Notes: generated by a model from the sequence alone, not told the origin. Positions 8,865 to 18,804 are shown, counted from the stretch's first letter. The stretch is DNA of 32,000 bases from Trichodesmium erythraeum IMS101 (GCF_000014265.1 NC_008312.1:7050001-7082000); one strand, 5' to 3'. Made by a program: numbers and translations.

Positions 8865-9953
8865 CTAATATAATAAGCAGAAGCTAACTAAAATTAAACT
8901 AACTAAGTAAAAAGTTCCTACCACTTGAGTTTCCAACCAACCTGATAGCTCCAAATGATGATGAAAAGGAGCCATTTTAAATAATCGTTTGCCTGCTCCA
9001 TCATGTTTTTTTGTTGCTTTATAATAACTCACTTGAACAATAACAGAAAGAGTTTCAATTAAGAAAATTCCACTAACAATAAAAAGTACCCACAGAGTAT
9101 TAGTCAGCAAAGCAACTGCTGCTAAACCACCACCCAAAGCTAAGGAACCCGTATCACCCATAAACACTTTAGCAGGATTACGATTATGAGCAACAAAACC
9201 CAGACAACTACCACTCATACAAGCACAGAAAATCATTAATTCTAAAGAGGTAGGGGCTAAATAAGCTCCTAATCCAAAAAAAGTGATTGCCCCTAAACCC
9301 CCCATTAATCCATCTACGCCATCAGTAAGATTTGTAGCATTACTTTCAGCAACTAAAACAAAACCTGCCAGAGGCCAAAATAGCAATCCCAAAGATAATT
9401 GTAGACCAAAAGGTAAAACAATATTAGTAATCGTACTAGGCTGACTCCATGCTAGCCACCCACAGAATAGAATAGCAAAACCAATCTGCAAAGCCAGTTT
9501 TATTTTCGGGGATATTCCTTTATTTGTCCTGCGTTGCAAAATTTGCCAATCATCTAGCCAACCAATAAACCCATAAGCCAAAGTAAGGAAAGATACCCCT
9601 ATTACATCTGGCTGAAATCTAGATAATACCAGAGCGATCGCTACTGCCACTGGTACAAAAAATATACCTCCCATTGTTGGAGTCCCAGCTTTTTGTAAGT
9701 GGGCTTTCGGGCCATCTTCCCTGATTATTTGTCCAGCTTTTAGCTTTTTTAGTATAGGTATAACCCAGTAGCCTAAACTTATAGTTACTAGGCCACAAAG
9801 AATGAGTGGAAAAGTAAGAGATCCGATACTAAAAATCCTATTAGCCATACCATCTAGAATCAAGGCAAAGCAGCTTAACCCTAAACTCAGAACCAATAAT
9901 AAATTTTTTCCCGTAATGGTGAAAGACTTACCAAAAGTTAGTTTATTTTGCAT
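8865..9953 (-). CDS. mraY: Phospho-N-acetylmuramoyl-pentapeptide transferase MraY
   Basis: Polytopic membrane protein with MraY signatures: KAGTPTMGG, NLTDGVDGL, FMGDTGSLALGG and APFHHHLE. The track ORF starts at TTG 9983. I prefer ATG 9953 (MQNKLTF) because GAGGAG (9961-9966) lies 7 nt upstream. Confidence 0.95.
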   Translation of the reverse strand: MQNKLTFGKSFTITGKNLLLVLSLGLSCFALILDGMANRIFSIGSLTFPLILCGLVTISLGYWVIPILKKLKAGQIIREDGPKAHLQKAGTPTMGGIFFVPVAVAIALVLSRFQPDVIGVSFLTLAYGFIGWLDDWQILQRRTNKGISPKIKLALQIGFAILFCGWLAWSQPSTITNIVLPFGLQLSLGLLFWPLAGFVLVAESNATNLTDGVDGLMGGLGAITFFGLGAYLAPTSLELMIFCACMSGSCLGFVAHNRNPAKVFMGDTGSLALGGGLAAVALLTNTLWVLFIVSGIFLIETLSVIVQVSYYKATKKHDGAGKRLFKMAPFHHHLELSGWLETQVVGTFYLVSLILVSFCLLY

Positions 9954-10052
9954 AAAAACACTCCTCAACACACACTTTTTCAAACTTAAAATTTAATGCA
10001 TAACTGTTAAGTTTAGCTAATAGGTGAATAGCTTTTTAGTAATTAAAAATCT

Positions 10053-11093
10053 TTAGTCACCTGAGTCATCTGCATTTTCATCCAAAATTTCATCATCATG
10101 AAAATTATCATCTACAGCTATCAATTCTGATATTTCTTCTTCCTCTTCTGTATATTTTTCTAATTCAGAAGGGTCTCTAGGCAACATCTTGCCCGATGCT
10201 TCCAACCAATCAATAAGAGATGAATCCCGTTGAGTAGAAATTACATCTGCTGGTTCATGCCGAGGTATGAGGCGCAAAGATGGATTATACAATAATATTG
10301 GTTCTGACTGGGGTTGATTATTTCTACGGCTAATAGTTACTGCTTCTTTTCCTACTGTTTTTCCTGCTATTTCTTCTGCAATACTTGTTGAAGCTAAAGG
10401 TTTTGGTACTAGTATTTCCTCTTCTACAGTAGTTTGTGGCAGTCCTATTTCTTTTGCTGTGGTAGTTGGAAGTACTACAGGTTGCACCACTGTGTCCTGA
10501 ACTGTAACTGCTTTTCCTGCTATTTCTTCTGCAATACTTGTTGAAGCTAAAGGTTTTGGTACTAGTATTTCCTCTTCTGCAGTAGTTTGTGGCAGTCCTA
10601 TTTCTTTTGCTGTAGTAGTTGGAAGTACTACAGGCTGCACCACTGTGTCCTGAACTCTAGTAGTTTCTGACACTTCTGTTTTCTCAACTGTAGTAGTTTC
10701 TGACACTTCTGTATCCTGAACTGTAACTGCTTTTCCTGCTATTTCTTCTGCAATACTTGTTGAAGCTAAAGGTTTTGGTACTAGTATTTCCTCTTCTGCA
10801 GTAGTTTGTGGCAGTCCTATTTCTTTTGCTGTAGTAGTTGGAAGTACTACAGGTTGCACCACTGTGTCCTGAACTCTAGTAGTTTCTGACACTTCTGTGT
10901 TCTCAACTGTAGTAGTTTCTGACACTTCTGTGTTCTCAACTGTAGTACTAGTTTCTGGCACTCGAAATTGTGTTACTGTTTCCTGTGGTGTAGTAGTTGA
11001 TGGTCCTACAGGTGGTGCCACTGTTTCTTCTACTGAGTTAGTTTGTGACTCTGCAGTTTGTGGTATAATGTTTGTTTGTTGTTTTTCTTCCAT
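10053..11093 (-). CDS. DUF3134-like protein with a long N-terminal T/E/V-rich tandem-repeat extension
   Basis: The C-terminal ~90 aa (LYNPSLRLIPRHEPADVISTQRDSSLIDWLEASGKML...EEEEISELIAVDD, acidic tail) match my memory of the small cyanobacterial DUF3134 family. The preceding ~250 aa are repeats. The gene lies directly upstream of mraY on the same strand. Confidence 0.65.
   Translation of the reverse strand: MEEKQQTNIIPQTAESQTNSVEETVAPPVGPSTTTPQETVTQFRVPETSTTVENTEVSETTTVENTEVSETTRVQDTVVQPVVLPTTTAKEIGLPQTTAEEEILVPKPLASTSIAEEIAGKAVTVQDTEVSETTTVEKTEVSETTRVQDTVVQPVVLPTTTAKEIGLPQTTAEEEILVPKPLASTSIAEEIAGKAVTVQDTVVQPVVLPTTTAKEIGLPQTTVEEEILVPKPLASTSIAEEIAGKTVGKEAVTISRRNNQPQSEPILLYNPSLRLIPRHEPADVISTQRDSSLIDWLEASGKMLPRDPSELEKYTEEEEEISELIAVDDNFHDDEILDENADDSGD
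10350..10955 (-). repeat. Intragenic tandem repeats (units of 153 and 219 bp, with nested 33-bp sub-repeats)
   Basis: The string ttcctgctatttcttctgcaatacttgttgaagctaaaggttttggtactagtatttcctcttct recurs at 10361, 10514 and 10733, giving offsets of 153 and 219 bp. tagtttctgacacttctgt recurs at 33-bp spacing at 10661/10694 and 10880/10913. The copies are nearly identical. Confidence 0.9.
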
Positions 11094-12229
11094 ATATCCT
11101 CAGTTAAGGAATTTTAGTAAACGTATCCCAATATTTTAAATTTAGCTGCTCTGTTTGACCCGGTATCTTGGATTTTAAGAGATTTGGCAATAAATTCTCT
11201 AGAGAATAATATATATAAATATTTTTCCTGTATTTATTTAATATGCCTAAACAGAAGTACTGCGCCTTATTTATTAGTTCAGTTTTGGGATAAAGTTTTG
11301 GCATAATATAGCATAATGTACTGAGCTACATACTGTCACTATGGGTAAGTCAAAAGTTATGCCTCACTAAGACCCTAACAGATGCTTAAATAAAGCAGAT
11401 TTAATTCATTTAATACAAACAGAGCATATTTCAGATAAATGATTTACAAAGCGTGAATAGTAAAACTCTTGTGGTGCAGTCATCCTGCTCGCTAATTGTG
11501 TTCCTCATAGCAGTAAGAAGTGCTGTATTTATATCATTTCCCCCCTCCTCCAAAATTTACTGCAACTTCGGTTTGACCTAAATCTTCTGGATATAACCTC
11601 CCTACCTTATGTGAGCTAAAAGTCTGAGGGGCTTGGGACAACTCCTGACTTTTAATAAATAGCTTAGTCATTTGTAGCAAATATTTATCACCCTTAGCAT
11701 TAGACCAATTCCTAAAAATAATGGGATACTTTTTCAATACTCCAGTTATTAAGTAATTCAGTTAAGCTTCAGTAATGTTTTTAACTATTAGTTTCCAATA
11801 AAAGATATTTTATTAAGTCCAACCCTAAGACTTAAGTCTGTTCAATACAATGTCTCTATCTATTTTCCAGAATATGTGGCAATACTTTTGAGATTTAGTA
11901 TTAGTTTTATTTAGATTCAAATTAATCGGTGGTAGTGAGCTAATGCAATTTTTTTACCACAGTTAAGAATATCTTTAAAAATGCCTAATACCCGGATAAT
12001 CAAAAAATATTTGATAAATTTTTTTCACTTATAAATAGTAAATAGATATAGACTTTATTGATAGATATAGCAACCCAATTTGAGTTATCATCCAAATTGT
12101 AGTAGTTATGGCCCTAGAGTCAGGAGTCATAAATTCAAAGGTTTCCAGTGACAATTAACTGTTGTAAACATTATCATAACTAATGCGCAAATTGCGAAGT
12201 GCCGTTGCACTATTATTTACCTATTCTAA

Positions 12230-12279
12230 TTAGGACTTACTGAATAAATTTTATGTGTGAGAATAGGGGACAGATCGGC
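12230..12279 (-). repeat. Possible short family A copy (both termini only), inverted
   Basis: ttaggacttactga (12230-12243) matches the reverse complement of the 3' end of copy 1. aggggacagatcggc (12265-12279) resembles the reverse complement of its 5' end (agggacaaagatatccggc). The interior is missing. Confidence 0.35.
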
Positions 12280-12579
12280 ACGTTCAAGTTGAAGCATAGA
12301 GGCACTGATAAATGGGAATTAATCAATGTTTCTCCCCTTAATAGATTAAAATCATCAACTTTAAGCCAACTTGTGCCAAAAGATTGTACATTTTTCACAC
12401 AAAAAAAAGTGAAAGTTCCGTGGTGAAAATGCTTTCAGTTTTTTCACCTGACCCTAACGATTTAAACTCACAAGAAGGCCAATAATTTAACTTGTATAGA
12501 TGTATAATTAAATATTGCACGACTACTTACAAGTATTGTCATCTTAGAATTCAAGCAATATTGACAATAAACAGGAATT

Positions 12580-13164
12580 ATGATAGAAAAATCTCAATTA
12601 ATTGAAATACTTACAGGGAAAAATCGTGGTTTACTAGCAAGTAAAAATGATCACGAAGAAATTTTGGGGGCGATCGCTCAGTTAGAAGAAAAGAATCCTC
12701 ATCCCCACCCATTGGAAAAAAAAGAATTATTGAATGGTAACTGGAGGTTACTTTATACTACTAGCCAAGAATTACTACGAATTGACAACTTTCCTCTCCT
12801 GAAACTAGGTGAAATTTATCAATGTATTCGACTTCAAGATCAAGCAATATATAATATTGCTGAAGTATATGGTAAACCATTTTTAGAAGGAATTGTAAGT
12901 GTTGTTGCTCAGTTCAAACCTGTTTGTGAAAAACGAGTAAATGTTAAATTTAATCGTTCAATTTTAGGTTTGCAAAGCTTGATTGGTTATCAATCACCTA
13001 ACAAATTAATTTCGGAAATAGAATCAGGAAAAAAATTTACTGCTATTGATTTTAATATACAAAATCGCGAACAAAAGGGATGGTTAGATATTACATATTT
13101 AGATGAAAACTTACGCATTGGCAGAGGCAACCAAGGAAATGTATTTGTACTAATTAAAGTATAA
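12580..13164 (+). CDS. PAP/fibrillin family protein
   Basis: 194 aa. It has RGLLAS...I..L...NP and LLNGNWRLLYTTS, with a C-terminal LDITYLDENLRIGRGNQGNVFVL block, all characteristic of plastoglobule/fibrillin-type lipid-associated proteins. Confidence 0.85.
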   Translation: MIEKSQLIEILTGKNRGLLASKNDHEEILGAIAQLEEKNPHPHPLEKKELLNGNWRLLYTTSQELLRIDNFPLLKLGEIYQCIRLQDQAIYNIAEVYGKPFLEGIVSVVAQFKPVCEKRVNVKFNRSILGLQSLIGYQSPNKLISEIESGKKFTAIDFNIQNREQKGWLDITYLDENLRIGRGNQGNVFVLIKV

Positions 13165-13623
13165 GTAGATAGGCATTCAAATTTGTCGCCATATAACAAA
13201 ATATAAATTTCCTCTCAAGTCAACTGTCTAGAGGAGCTTAGGGTTAATTGACAAAATTTAATATAATTAAGCAATTGCTGTGCCTACCTACTTAATATTA
13301 TCCCCTCAATAACTTCTCTCAATAAGTAAGTATGGCCCGACAGGCTACTCAAAAGTTCAAAGTAATCATTCATGTAAGCTTCCTTAGGGAAATGTACACA
13401 TTCATTTAGCAGAGCTTTTCATATCGGCGACAGGCAAAAACGGAAACGGGATTTACTAATATCTAAATCCTAAATGTATAGTGCTTAAATAGCTATGAAA
13501 AATATCTAAATTATTTCTACTTTATTGTTAATTCTTGATGTTCGAGTCAATTTTTCCTACTAAAAAAAGCCTTTTAGTTAATCCCACTATTTTTTCTAAA
13601 GTAATCACTAATTATTTTTTTTG

Positions 13624-14181
13624 TTAGAAATCTTCTATTAGAGAAGATAAGCGCTTTAACAAGGGGTCAGATTCTGTTATTGGTTGTTCAACAGGTATAT
13701 CTTCTTCTACTTGGTTTGTTGTAGTAGTGGTTAATTCTGACTCTTGATTAGGTTTAACAATAGATACCTCTACTTTATTAATAGCAGCTTCAATTTTTGG
13801 TAATTCTTTCTTGAAAACCTCCAAAGTTTCAAGATGTTTAGAGTCAAAAGATGATTGCATTTGAGTCAATTGTTCATTCATTTGACTCAAGTATTTTTTA
13901 AAATCATTTAATTGATTTATCTGATTGTATTCATTTTGTTCACTAGCAGTCAATTTTTTTTCCAACTCAGAAATTTTCTGTTCTAGACTTTGCAAACTTG
14001 ATACAGGTTGAGCTAACTCCGTAGACGAAGATCCATACAAAAACTGCCATAGAGCTTGCTTACAGAGATTACTAAAAGTTTGGTATTTGTGAACATTGAA
14101 CTCTTTTTCAATAGCTGCCCATAACTTCTTATCTGCTGCCTCTTCGGTAAAAAAGACTTCTTTTTTCTGATTTTTTCCCAC
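13624..14181 (-). CDS. Hypothetical protein with a ribbon-helix-helix-like N-terminus, a central coiled coil and an acidic amphipathic C-terminal tail (candidate ParR-like partner of the upstream ParM)
   Basis: 185 aa. Residues ~7-50 (KEVFFTEEAADKKLWAAIEKEF..KYQTFSNLCKQALWQFL) have a strand-helix-helix pattern. Residues ~60-135 are heptad-rich (LQSLEQKISELEKKL...). A T-rich linker follows, then the tail EEDIPVEQPITESDPLLKRLSSLIEDF. It is the next gene downstream of parM on the same strand. Confidence 0.5.
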   Translation of the reverse strand: MGKNQKKEVFFTEEAADKKLWAAIEKEFNVHKYQTFSNLCKQALWQFLYGSSSTELAQPVSSLQSLEQKISELEKKLTASEQNEYNQINQLNDFKKYLSQMNEQLTQMQSSFDSKHLETLEVFKKELPKIEAAINKVEVSIVKPNQESELTTTTTNQVEEDIPVEQPITESDPLLKRLSSLIEDF

Positions 14182-14570
14182 AGCATCAGGTCACACTTTA
14201 ATTAACTTAAAACTTATCACAATATCAAGTATTTTCGTAAATATTGTTTAAAAAACTTCTTAGCTACTAACAATAAGAATTCAGTTTGTAATCCCAGATT
14301 AAACTTTACTTTATCCTTCTATAGGGGAAAAATAAAATTTATTTTCTACTTTTCCCCCATTATTTCTGACTTTCAGATAAAGAAATAACTACATATTAAT
14401 TTGAGACATTTACCGTCAATCTTTTAGATAAAACGAGTAATTCAATGTATATCTATTAAGTTTAACAACCTGGATTTTTATAAGGGTTGATTACCTTTTA
14501 GATTTATCTAATTATAGGTAAAAAGTTCCCTAAAAAGGGGAAACTTTAAACCCAATTTTTTAGTAACAAC

Positions 14571-15665
14571 TTACTTAGATATAGCTAGTTGAGCTTCTCC
14601 ATAAATATATTGCCCCAGAGCATTGGCTTCTCTTGGTGGTTGAGCCAGGTGAGACTTGAGACCTGCTTCTTGAAGTAGCTTTTCCAAATCTTCCCGGAAA
14701 AAATCTGCCCCACCACCAGTGAGAATAACATCGCTTACCCTTTCTGGTATCCACTTAATTAAACGGTCACAAAGTTTAGCAGCAAAAACTTTACGCAGCT
14801 CAGGTATAATACCATCAAGATTAATAGGTTTTGTAGCTCCTTTGGGACGATAGGAACGCTGACCTTCAGGTTTGTGGACTGCTTCTAATAAATACAAAGA
14901 TTGAGAGTCTGCCCCTTCAATCTTACTAGCTACATCTTCATAAAATTGGCTCATAGCAAAAGGTTCACTCTTAGAGGCTGCTCTGGCAAACCGGAATCGA
15001 TCTACCATCAAGAAATCAGTGGTTTGATGGCCAATATCAACAATAGCAAGAGATAGTTTAGGTAATTGTGGTTGAAATTCTTTGCCATGATTAGCCTCAG
15101 TCCATAGTAAACTACCATATCCTTCTGGCATGACCCAAACCTTGTTAATTCTAATTTCTACTTCTTCACCACCTCGATAAAACATTTGATGAGGAGATTC
15201 TAATTGGCTAATAATTTGTGCTTTTTCCTTTTCAAATTGTTCTTGGTTATAGAATGGTAAACCTATAACAACCGAAAATTCTCCTTTGAGCTGAAAATAG
15301 CCAGCACAGGCCAAAACTTTAACTAAAGCATCTTCAATTTTAGACTTGGCAAAAGATCGTTCATCACCAAATAGATTAGCTCCAAAGTCAGCAGCTAGTT
15401 GACCTACAGCATATCCATAACCTTGATATTCCAACCACATATCTAATAATGGATCTGTAGGTTTAGACTCAAAATTGCCTGCTCTGACCTGATCTACACT
15501 CAATTGTTTGACATTGGACGGAATAAAAACTACGCCATTTTGGGTTCGACTGACACAAGCTTTGGTAGCTGTTCGTCCTAGGTCTGCACTAAGAATAGCT
15601 TTTTTATTAATATTAGATGGTTTTTGGGTCAGCATTGCTGCTGCTGCTGGCTGTTTAATTACCAT
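14571..15665 (-). CDS. Actin-like ATPase of the ParM/StbA family
   Basis: 364 aa with the actin-fold nucleotide motifs in order. Phosphate-1 is ADLGRTATK, phosphate-2 is VDIGHQTTD and the adenosine motif is LTGGGADFF. Size and layout fit ParM/StbA rather than MreB, FtsA or Hsp70. Confidence 0.85.
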   Translation of the reverse strand: MVIKQPAAAAMLTQKPSNINKKAILSADLGRTATKACVSRTQNGVVFIPSNVKQLSVDQVRAGNFESKPTDPLLDMWLEYQGYGYAVGQLAADFGANLFGDERSFAKSKIEDALVKVLACAGYFQLKGEFSVVIGLPFYNQEQFEKEKAQIISQLESPHQMFYRGGEEVEIRINKVWVMPEGYGSLLWTEANHGKEFQPQLPKLSLAIVDIGHQTTDFLMVDRFRFARAASKSEPFAMSQFYEDVASKIEGADSQSLYLLEAVHKPEGQRSYRPKGATKPINLDGIIPELRKVFAAKLCDRLIKWIPERVSDVILTGGGADFFREDLEKLLQEAGLKSHLAQPPREANALGQYIYGEAQLAISK

Positions 15666-15673
15666 AATGGTAG

Positions 15674-15725
15674 TATTACCTCATTAAAGTTCTTAAATAA
15701 AAATATTACCGTTATTAAGAGTTCT
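15674..15725 (-). promoter_or_regulatory. Pair of imperfect ~21-bp direct repeats immediately upstream of the parM start
   Basis: tattacctcattaaagttct (15674-15693) and tattaccgttattaagagttct (15704-15725) match at about 18 of 22 positions with 30-bp spacing. They begin 9 nt from the parM ATG (15665). A regulatory role is inferred only. Confidence 0.3.
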
Positions 15726-15807
15726 ATTTGCTGATTTCCATATATAGTATTTTGAAAATCCAATAAACACTATAAGTAGAAAGTATATTATCAACAAGCT
15801 GAATAAA

Positions 15808-15846
15808 CTAGGATTTATTAATAATTTACCTAGGTTTATTAACAAT
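15808..15846 (-). promoter_or_regulatory. Second pair of direct repeats upstream of parM
   Basis: ctaggatttattaataat (15808-15825) and ctaggtttattaacaat (15830-15846) are spaced 22 bp apart, about two helical turns, roughly 145-180 bp upstream of parM. Confidence 0.3.
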
Positions 15847-15964
15847 ATACATTTGACCTTTTCAAGGGTGGGTCACGTTTGTTTCTTGTTTCAACCAGGG
15901 AGGTTATCCTCTTCCTTTTCACAAGCTTAATTTCCAGTCTTCCGACTAAAGTTATAGGGATTAA

Positions 15965-16043
15965 TTGTAGGGGTTTGGTGACCAAAAAGTAAGGTCAATA
16001 GCTTCCCCTTTTCAGGTGGTTCGGGAAAAAACTTCACTATGGG
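15965..16043 (+). repeat. Dispersed repeat family B, copy 3
   Basis: ttgtaggggtttggtgaccaaaaagtaaggtcaatagcttccccttttcaggtggttcgggaa aligns with 6875-6952 and more loosely with 6173-6217. Confidence 0.55.
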
Positions 16044-16322
16044 TTTTTCTTGGTTCTGATTTTCAGCATAAGGTACTAACAAGGTGATAACTGGAAGGGG
16101 CAAACTACTACTACCCGAAAAGAGTAATTATCTTTTTGGCTTTTCTTCCCTTGTTGGCCACAGAAATATGCTTTGGAAACTCTTTAAAATATTCCTACAC
16201 ATTTAATTTGGGTCTAAACCTATTTTCTCTATTAAACTAATAGTATTTACTGTTATTGGACTACAGGTGGAGAGATTTAGGAGGTGGATATTGGTACATC
16301 CAAAAACTCAATTTCTGAGATT

Positions 16323-16350
16323 ACTTTTAACTTTTGACTTTTAACTTTTG
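16323..16350 (+). repeat. Heptamer tandem array (ACTTTTA/ACTTTTG x4)
   Basis: Four exact alternating heptamers: actttta acttttg actttta acttttg. Confidence 0.7.
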
Positions 16351-16461
16351 AGTTGTCCATAGCTCTATACCTTCTCACCAAAGAGTATAAGTCAGGGTCT
16401 AATTTATAGAATAGAGTAGATAAGCTATTTTAAGATAGTCCCTCCGTTTTTTCTAAAAGGC

Positions 16462-16550
16462 TTAGGCTTGTGGGTTGAATTCCAACAGTGACTTAGGATG
16501 TTTAGCATTGATTAGGGTTTGAATCTAAGGGCCAATATTGATACGGGACT
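16462..16550 (-). repeat. Probable family A copy in inverted orientation
   Basis: cttaggcttgtgggttgaattccaacagtgact resembles the reverse complement of the 3' part of copy 2 (cttagggcttgttgattaagtatcaaagtattgact). agggccaatattgatacgggac resembles the reverse complement of the family 5' end. Confidence 0.4.
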
Positions 16551-16917
16551 TTTTTACTGTCTATTGATTCTAAATTCCATGCTTTAACAAACTCTACAGG
16601 GCAAACCCATATAATTAGCTAATTTCTATATATACATATTACTTTTTCAAATTAAATAAACACCATAGTTGGAAATTCTATTTTCAACAAATGTCATCAA
16701 CCAGAGTTTGTTGACAAGATACGTAGGCCCTACTTACCTCTACCAAATATTAAATTCGTTTTACTAATGATGCTTTGAATCAACACTATTTGCAACTAGA
16801 GGCCAAAAAGTTGCCCTAATGTCTATTGTTAAGTTAAATTTAGTTAAGATTATTAAATCTTAAAAATTACAAGGCCTACTTAAGATACGTAATTTTACTA
16901 AAAAAGGACATTTTTTG

Positions 16918-18804
16918 ATGAAAATTTCTTGGAGAACAATTGTACTTTGGACTATACCAGCTTTGGTCATTGGTTTTTTTCTTTGGCAAGGGACATTTGG
17001 TCAGACACAAGTCAATATGGGTAGTAACACTGCAAGTACCCGCATGAGCTATGGTCGATTTTTAGATTATTTACAAGCGGATAGAGTCACCAGTGTAGAC
17101 CTTTATGATAATGGTCGTACAGCTATTGTAGAAGCAGTAGATCCAGAATTAGATAATCGAGTACAAAGATTACGAGTAGATTTACCTGTTAATTCCCCAA
17201 GCCTAATTTCTCGTCTGCGAGAAGCAAATATTAACTTTGACAGCCACCCTCCACGGAATGAAGGGGCAGTGTGGGGTTTATTAGGAAATTTGATTTTCCC
17301 AATTTTATTAATTGTTGGTCTGTTCTTCCTATTCCGTCGTTCTAGTAATGTACCTGGTGGCCCTGGACAAGCAATGAACTTTGGTAAGTCAAAAGCTCGT
17401 TTCTCAATGGAGGCCAAAACAGGTGTTTTGTTTGATGATGTGGCTGGGGTTGATGAGGCCAAAGAAGAGTTACAAGAGGTTGTGACTTTCTTGAAAAAAC
17501 CAGAAAGATTTACGGCTGTAGGAGCGCGTATTCCCAAAGGTGTGCTTTTAGTTGGTCCTCCTGGAACTGGTAAAACTTTGTTGGCTAAGGCCATCGCTGG
17601 TGAAGCTGGTGTACCATTCTTCAGTATTTCTGGTTCGGAATTTGTGGAAATGTTTGTTGGTGTCGGTGCTTCCCGTGTACGGGATCTTTTCAAAAAGGCT
17701 AAGGAAAATGCTCCTTGTATTATCTTTATTGATGAAATTGATGCGGTTGGTAGACAACGGGGTGCTGGTATTGGTGGGGGCAATGACGAACGAGAGCAAA
17801 CTCTTAACCAACTACTAACTGAAATGGATGGTTTTGAGGGTAATAGTGGAATTATTATTATTGCTGCTACTAACCGACCTGATGTTTTAGACTCTGCATT
17901 GTTACGCCCTGGTAGATTTGACCGTCAAGTTACTGTTGATGCTCCTGATATTAAGGGTCGTTTATCAATTCTAGATGTTCATGCTCGTGATAAGAAGTTA
18001 AGTAGCGAAATATCTCTAGAGGCGATCGCTCGTCGGACTCCTGGTTTTACAGGTGCAGATTTAGCTAACCTATTGAATGAAGCTGCTATTCTGACTGCTC
18101 GTCGTCGTAAAGAAGCAATTACTATGCTAGAAATTAATGATGCTGTAGACAGAGTGGTTGCAGGTATGGAAGGTACCCCGCTCATGGATGGTAAGAGCAA
18201 GCGACTTATTGCTTATCATGAAGTTGGTCATGCTATTGTTGGTACTTTACTTAAAGAACATGATCCTGTGCAAAAAGTGACTTTGGTGCCTCGTGGTCAA
18301 GCTCGTGGTCTTACCTGGTTTATGCCTAATGAAGATCAAGGTTTAATCTCTAGATCACAAATCTTGGCTCGCATTACTGGTGCTCTTGGTGGTCGCGCTG
18401 CTGAGAAAGTCATTTTTGGGGATGCTGAGGTGACAACTGGTGCTAGTAATGACCTTCAACAAGTTACAGGGATGGCACGTCAAATGGTAACTCGTTACGG
18501 TATGTCTGATTTAGGCCTGATGTCTCTGGAAACTCAACAAAGTGAGGTGTTCTTGGGTCGAGATTTAATGACTCGTTCAGAATATTCTGATGAAATTGCT
18601 TCTCGTATTGATTCTCAAGTCCGCACTATTGTAGAACATTGCTATGAAAATGCTTGTGATATGATGCAGGATAACCGGATTGTTATAGATCGTTTGGTTG
18701 ATTTGTTAATTGAAAAAGAGACTATTGATGGTGACGAATTCCGGCAAATTGTGGCTGAATATACTAATGTTCCAGAAAAAGACCGTTATGTTCCTGTTCT
18801 CTAA
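16918..18804 (+). CDS. ftsH: ATP-dependent zinc metalloprotease FtsH
   Basis: It has an N-terminal TM pair, Walker A GPPGTGKT, Walker [10 protein letters not shown], the SRH region [19 protein letters not shown] and the zinc site HEVGHAIV. The track starts at TTG 16915. ATG 16918 is the likelier start. Confidence 0.97.
   Translation: MKISWRTIVLWTIPALVIGFFLWQGTFGQTQVNMGSNTASTRMSYGRFLDYLQADRVTSVDLYDNGRTAIVEAVDPELDNRVQRLRVDLPVNSPSLISRLREANINFDSHPPRNEGAVWGLLGNLIFPILLIVGLFFLFRRSSNVPGGPGQAMNFGKSKARFSMEAKTGVLFDDVAGVDEAKEELQEVVTFLKKPERFTAVGARIPKGVLLVGPPGTGKTLLAKAIAGEAGVPFFSISGSEFVEMFVGVGASRVRDLFKKAKENAPCIIFIDEIDAVGRQRGAGIGGGNDEREQTLNQLLTEMDGFEGNSGIIIIAATNRPDVLDSALLRPGRFDRQVTVDAPDIKGRLSILDVHARDKKLSSEISLEAIARRTPGFTGADLANLLNEAAILTARRRKEAITMLEINDAVDRVVAGMEGTPLMDGKSKRLIAYHEVGHAIVGTLLKEHDPVQKVTLVPRGQARGLTWFMPNEDQGLISRSQILARITGALGGRAAEKVIFGDAEVTTGASNDLQQVTGMARQMVTRYGMSDLGLMSLETQQSEVFLGRDLMTRSEYSDEIASRIDSQVRTIVEHCYENACDMMQDNRIVIDRLVDLLIEKETIDGDEFRQIVAEYTNVPEKDRYVPVL

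Noticed and set aside
9958-9975. cactcctcaacacacac on the plus strand, resembling the conserved ACUCCUCACAC loop of the cyanobacterial sRNA Yfr1
   Set aside because: It is simply the complement of the mraY Shine-Dalgarno region (GAGGAG). It lacks the flanking stem-loops and terminator of Yfr1.
10350-10955. Regularly spaced repeats considered as a CRISPR array
   Set aside because: The repeats are contiguous with no unique spacers. They are 153/219 bp long and lie in an open reading frame encoding a repeat protein. No cas genes are present in the window.
11104-11737. Small ORFs 11104..11304 (66 aa) and 11534..11737 (67 aa) in the spacer upstream of the DUF3134-like gene
   Set aside because: I recognise no family resemblance and the composition is typical of random AT-rich ORFs. 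The second (ending NFGGGGK) could be real, but I cannot support it from sequence alone.
17103-18200. Four track ORFs overlapping ftsH, three antisense and one sense out of frame (17103..17783, 17548..17811, 17552..17818, 17979..18200)
   Set aside because: They lie entirely within the very well supported ftsH CDS. Their products are low-complexity (P/S/T/R-rich) shadows typical of alternative-frame translation of a conserved gene.
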